A stretch of 64,000 bases of DNA from Nitrospirota bacterium (GTDB lineage: Bacteria; Nitrospirota; Nitrospiria; 2-01-FULL-66-17), in contig JBMOMC010000037.1 in assembly GCA_049325335.1 (NCBI GenBank), positions 1 through 64,000 of the forward strand. The letters run 5' to 3'. The position numbers were made by a program, and so were the translations under genes. Below, piece by piece: positions 63,801 to 64,000 of the stretch. The notes beneath the pieces were generated by a model that saw only the letters and a program-made list of their open reading frames with translations, was not told the origin of the DNA and did no database searches. The first letter of the stretch is position 1. Every line of letters begins with the position of its first letter.

Positions 63801-63881
63801 CGACAGAAGGAACGCGCTGACAAACAACGCCATTCCGGAGTGACTCCCCCCAAAGCGCCGCCAAGCGATCAATCTATCCAT
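60861..63881 (-). CDS. Secreted S8 subtilase with propeptide, Ig/CARDB-like domains and a duplicated C-terminal domain; start uncertain
   Basis: Catalytic triad DIDSG / GHGSHTAG / GTSSAAPHVSG; AEPN propeptide; PDL...CARDB-like segment. Confidence 0.93.
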   Translation of the reverse strand: MDRLIAWRRFGGSHSGMALFVSAFLLSFLWLPASSAIADAESDSSRGPVARIGGPAQMPGEVLVKFKKPVPLANKRLTHVREDVDVIAEIHEIGIDRVRARRGESMETLLQRYRQNPDVEYAEPNIIYQARIIPNDPLFSSLWGLHNIGQAGGTVDADIDAPEAWDSQVGSPSVVVADIDSGMDLTHPDLAANLWVNPGEIIGNGIDDDGNGYIDDYRGWDFVNNDSNPSDDGGHGSHTAGIIAAVGNNGVGVTGVAWQARVMPLKFLDAGGNGLTSDAVDAILYAANMGVRIINASWGCNGVGCYSQALEDAIAYANSAGVLVVVAAGNNGTNNDVTPDYPCVSTQPNVICVSATTRNDQLASFSNYGSSTVDLGAPGSAILSTVPTGSCGLCDPSRYLSVNGTSSAAPHVSGAAALILSQFPSYTLTQVRDAILSTVDPIPALTGRTTTGGRLNVQRALLSNFTVTAAPVSQAVTAGGSTTYAVTVTSQGAFSGSVALTLGAMDANLAGSFIPTTVTVPASGTATSTLTISAQPSIAIGSYPVVIRGTAAGEVHTTTVTVVISPPDLVMSAVTPLSTAVPQGGPLSVSNTVQNQGGSNAGTFTIALHLSVDALYGGTDDIALSPLRSISSLVAASSNSATTLVTVSYTTPAGTYYVCGMADSGGVISEANAEGNNTLCSTSPIDVTASPATGAKLLNISTRGAVVSAAGGSLNGGFIIGAANGGTKQVLIRARGPSMGGAPFNVPGTLTNPTMRLVSAGTTIAQNDNWQITDPLCLSPATTCGNAAQITATGRDPCVPNPGQTTPPPGCANEAALLVTLPPGPYSVVVSGVSGTTGIALVEAFEADTGSQLKLVNISTRGTVVTAPAGLLNGGFIIGPSGTGSKQVLIRARGPSMSGAPFNVPGTLVNPTMRLVSAGTTIAQNDNWQTTDLLCGSPAASCGNSAQISATGKDPCMPNPGQTAQPPNCGNEAALLVTLPPGPYSVVVSGVGGTTGIALVEVFDVP
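60864..61796 (-). repeat. Intragenic tandem duplication of a ~158-aa NISTRG domain
   Basis: KLLNISTRG starts at 61796 and KLVNISTRG at 61322 (period 474 nt); long identical peptide stretches. Confidence 0.95.
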
Positions 63882-63931
63882 ATCCCTCCTGAGCCATATA
63901 GGCCTCACCACGGTGTAGGAGACCTAGAATA

Positions 63932-63975
63932 GAATCGGGGTCAGTGGCGATCCCAATTGCCACTGACCCCGATTC
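63932..63975. repeat. 17-bp perfect inverted repeat (REP-like hairpin)
   Basis: gaatcggggtcagtggc / gccactgaccccgattc. Confidence 0.8.
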
Positions 63976-64000
63976 CATGTGGTCAGAATGCAATACCCCC

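Overview
This is a GC-rich bacterial chromosomal window. Gene content tentatively suggests a Nitrospirota/deltaproteobacteria-like Gram-negative organism, which is inference only. The left edge (1-1 kb) holds the end of an IS256-like element inserted into a TPR-lipoprotein gene, plus an orphan hicB. From 1 to 48 kb there are mostly housekeeping and accessory genes: msrPQ, aspS, a pseudouridine synthase, c-di-GMP enzymes, uup, ilvD, tRNA-Glu and tRNA-Lys, purA, a MauG/CcP-like diheme protein paired with a cupredoxin-like protein, engB, trpS, truA, and a beta-oxidation operon coupled to a GAF kinase and a PilZ protein. That stretch also has three copies of a ~120-bp structured intergenic repeat and two local duplication scars around a c-di-GMP phosphodiesterase gene. 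From 48.4 to 64 kb lies a lower-GC surface-glycan locus: cysC, GT2s, a sulfotransferase-coiled-coil-GT2-GT2 fusion, Wzm/Wzt with a C-terminal domain, a MarR-type regulator with two palindromic operators, a methyltransferase, two sulfotransferases, a radical SAM enzyme with an N-terminal SPASM-like domain, and an S8 protease with a duplicated C-terminal domain. The best candidate for an under-described system is a sulfate-capped, ABC-exported glycan pathway. No CRISPR array, reverse transcriptase or integrase was seen. All calls come from reading motifs by eye; no searches were run.
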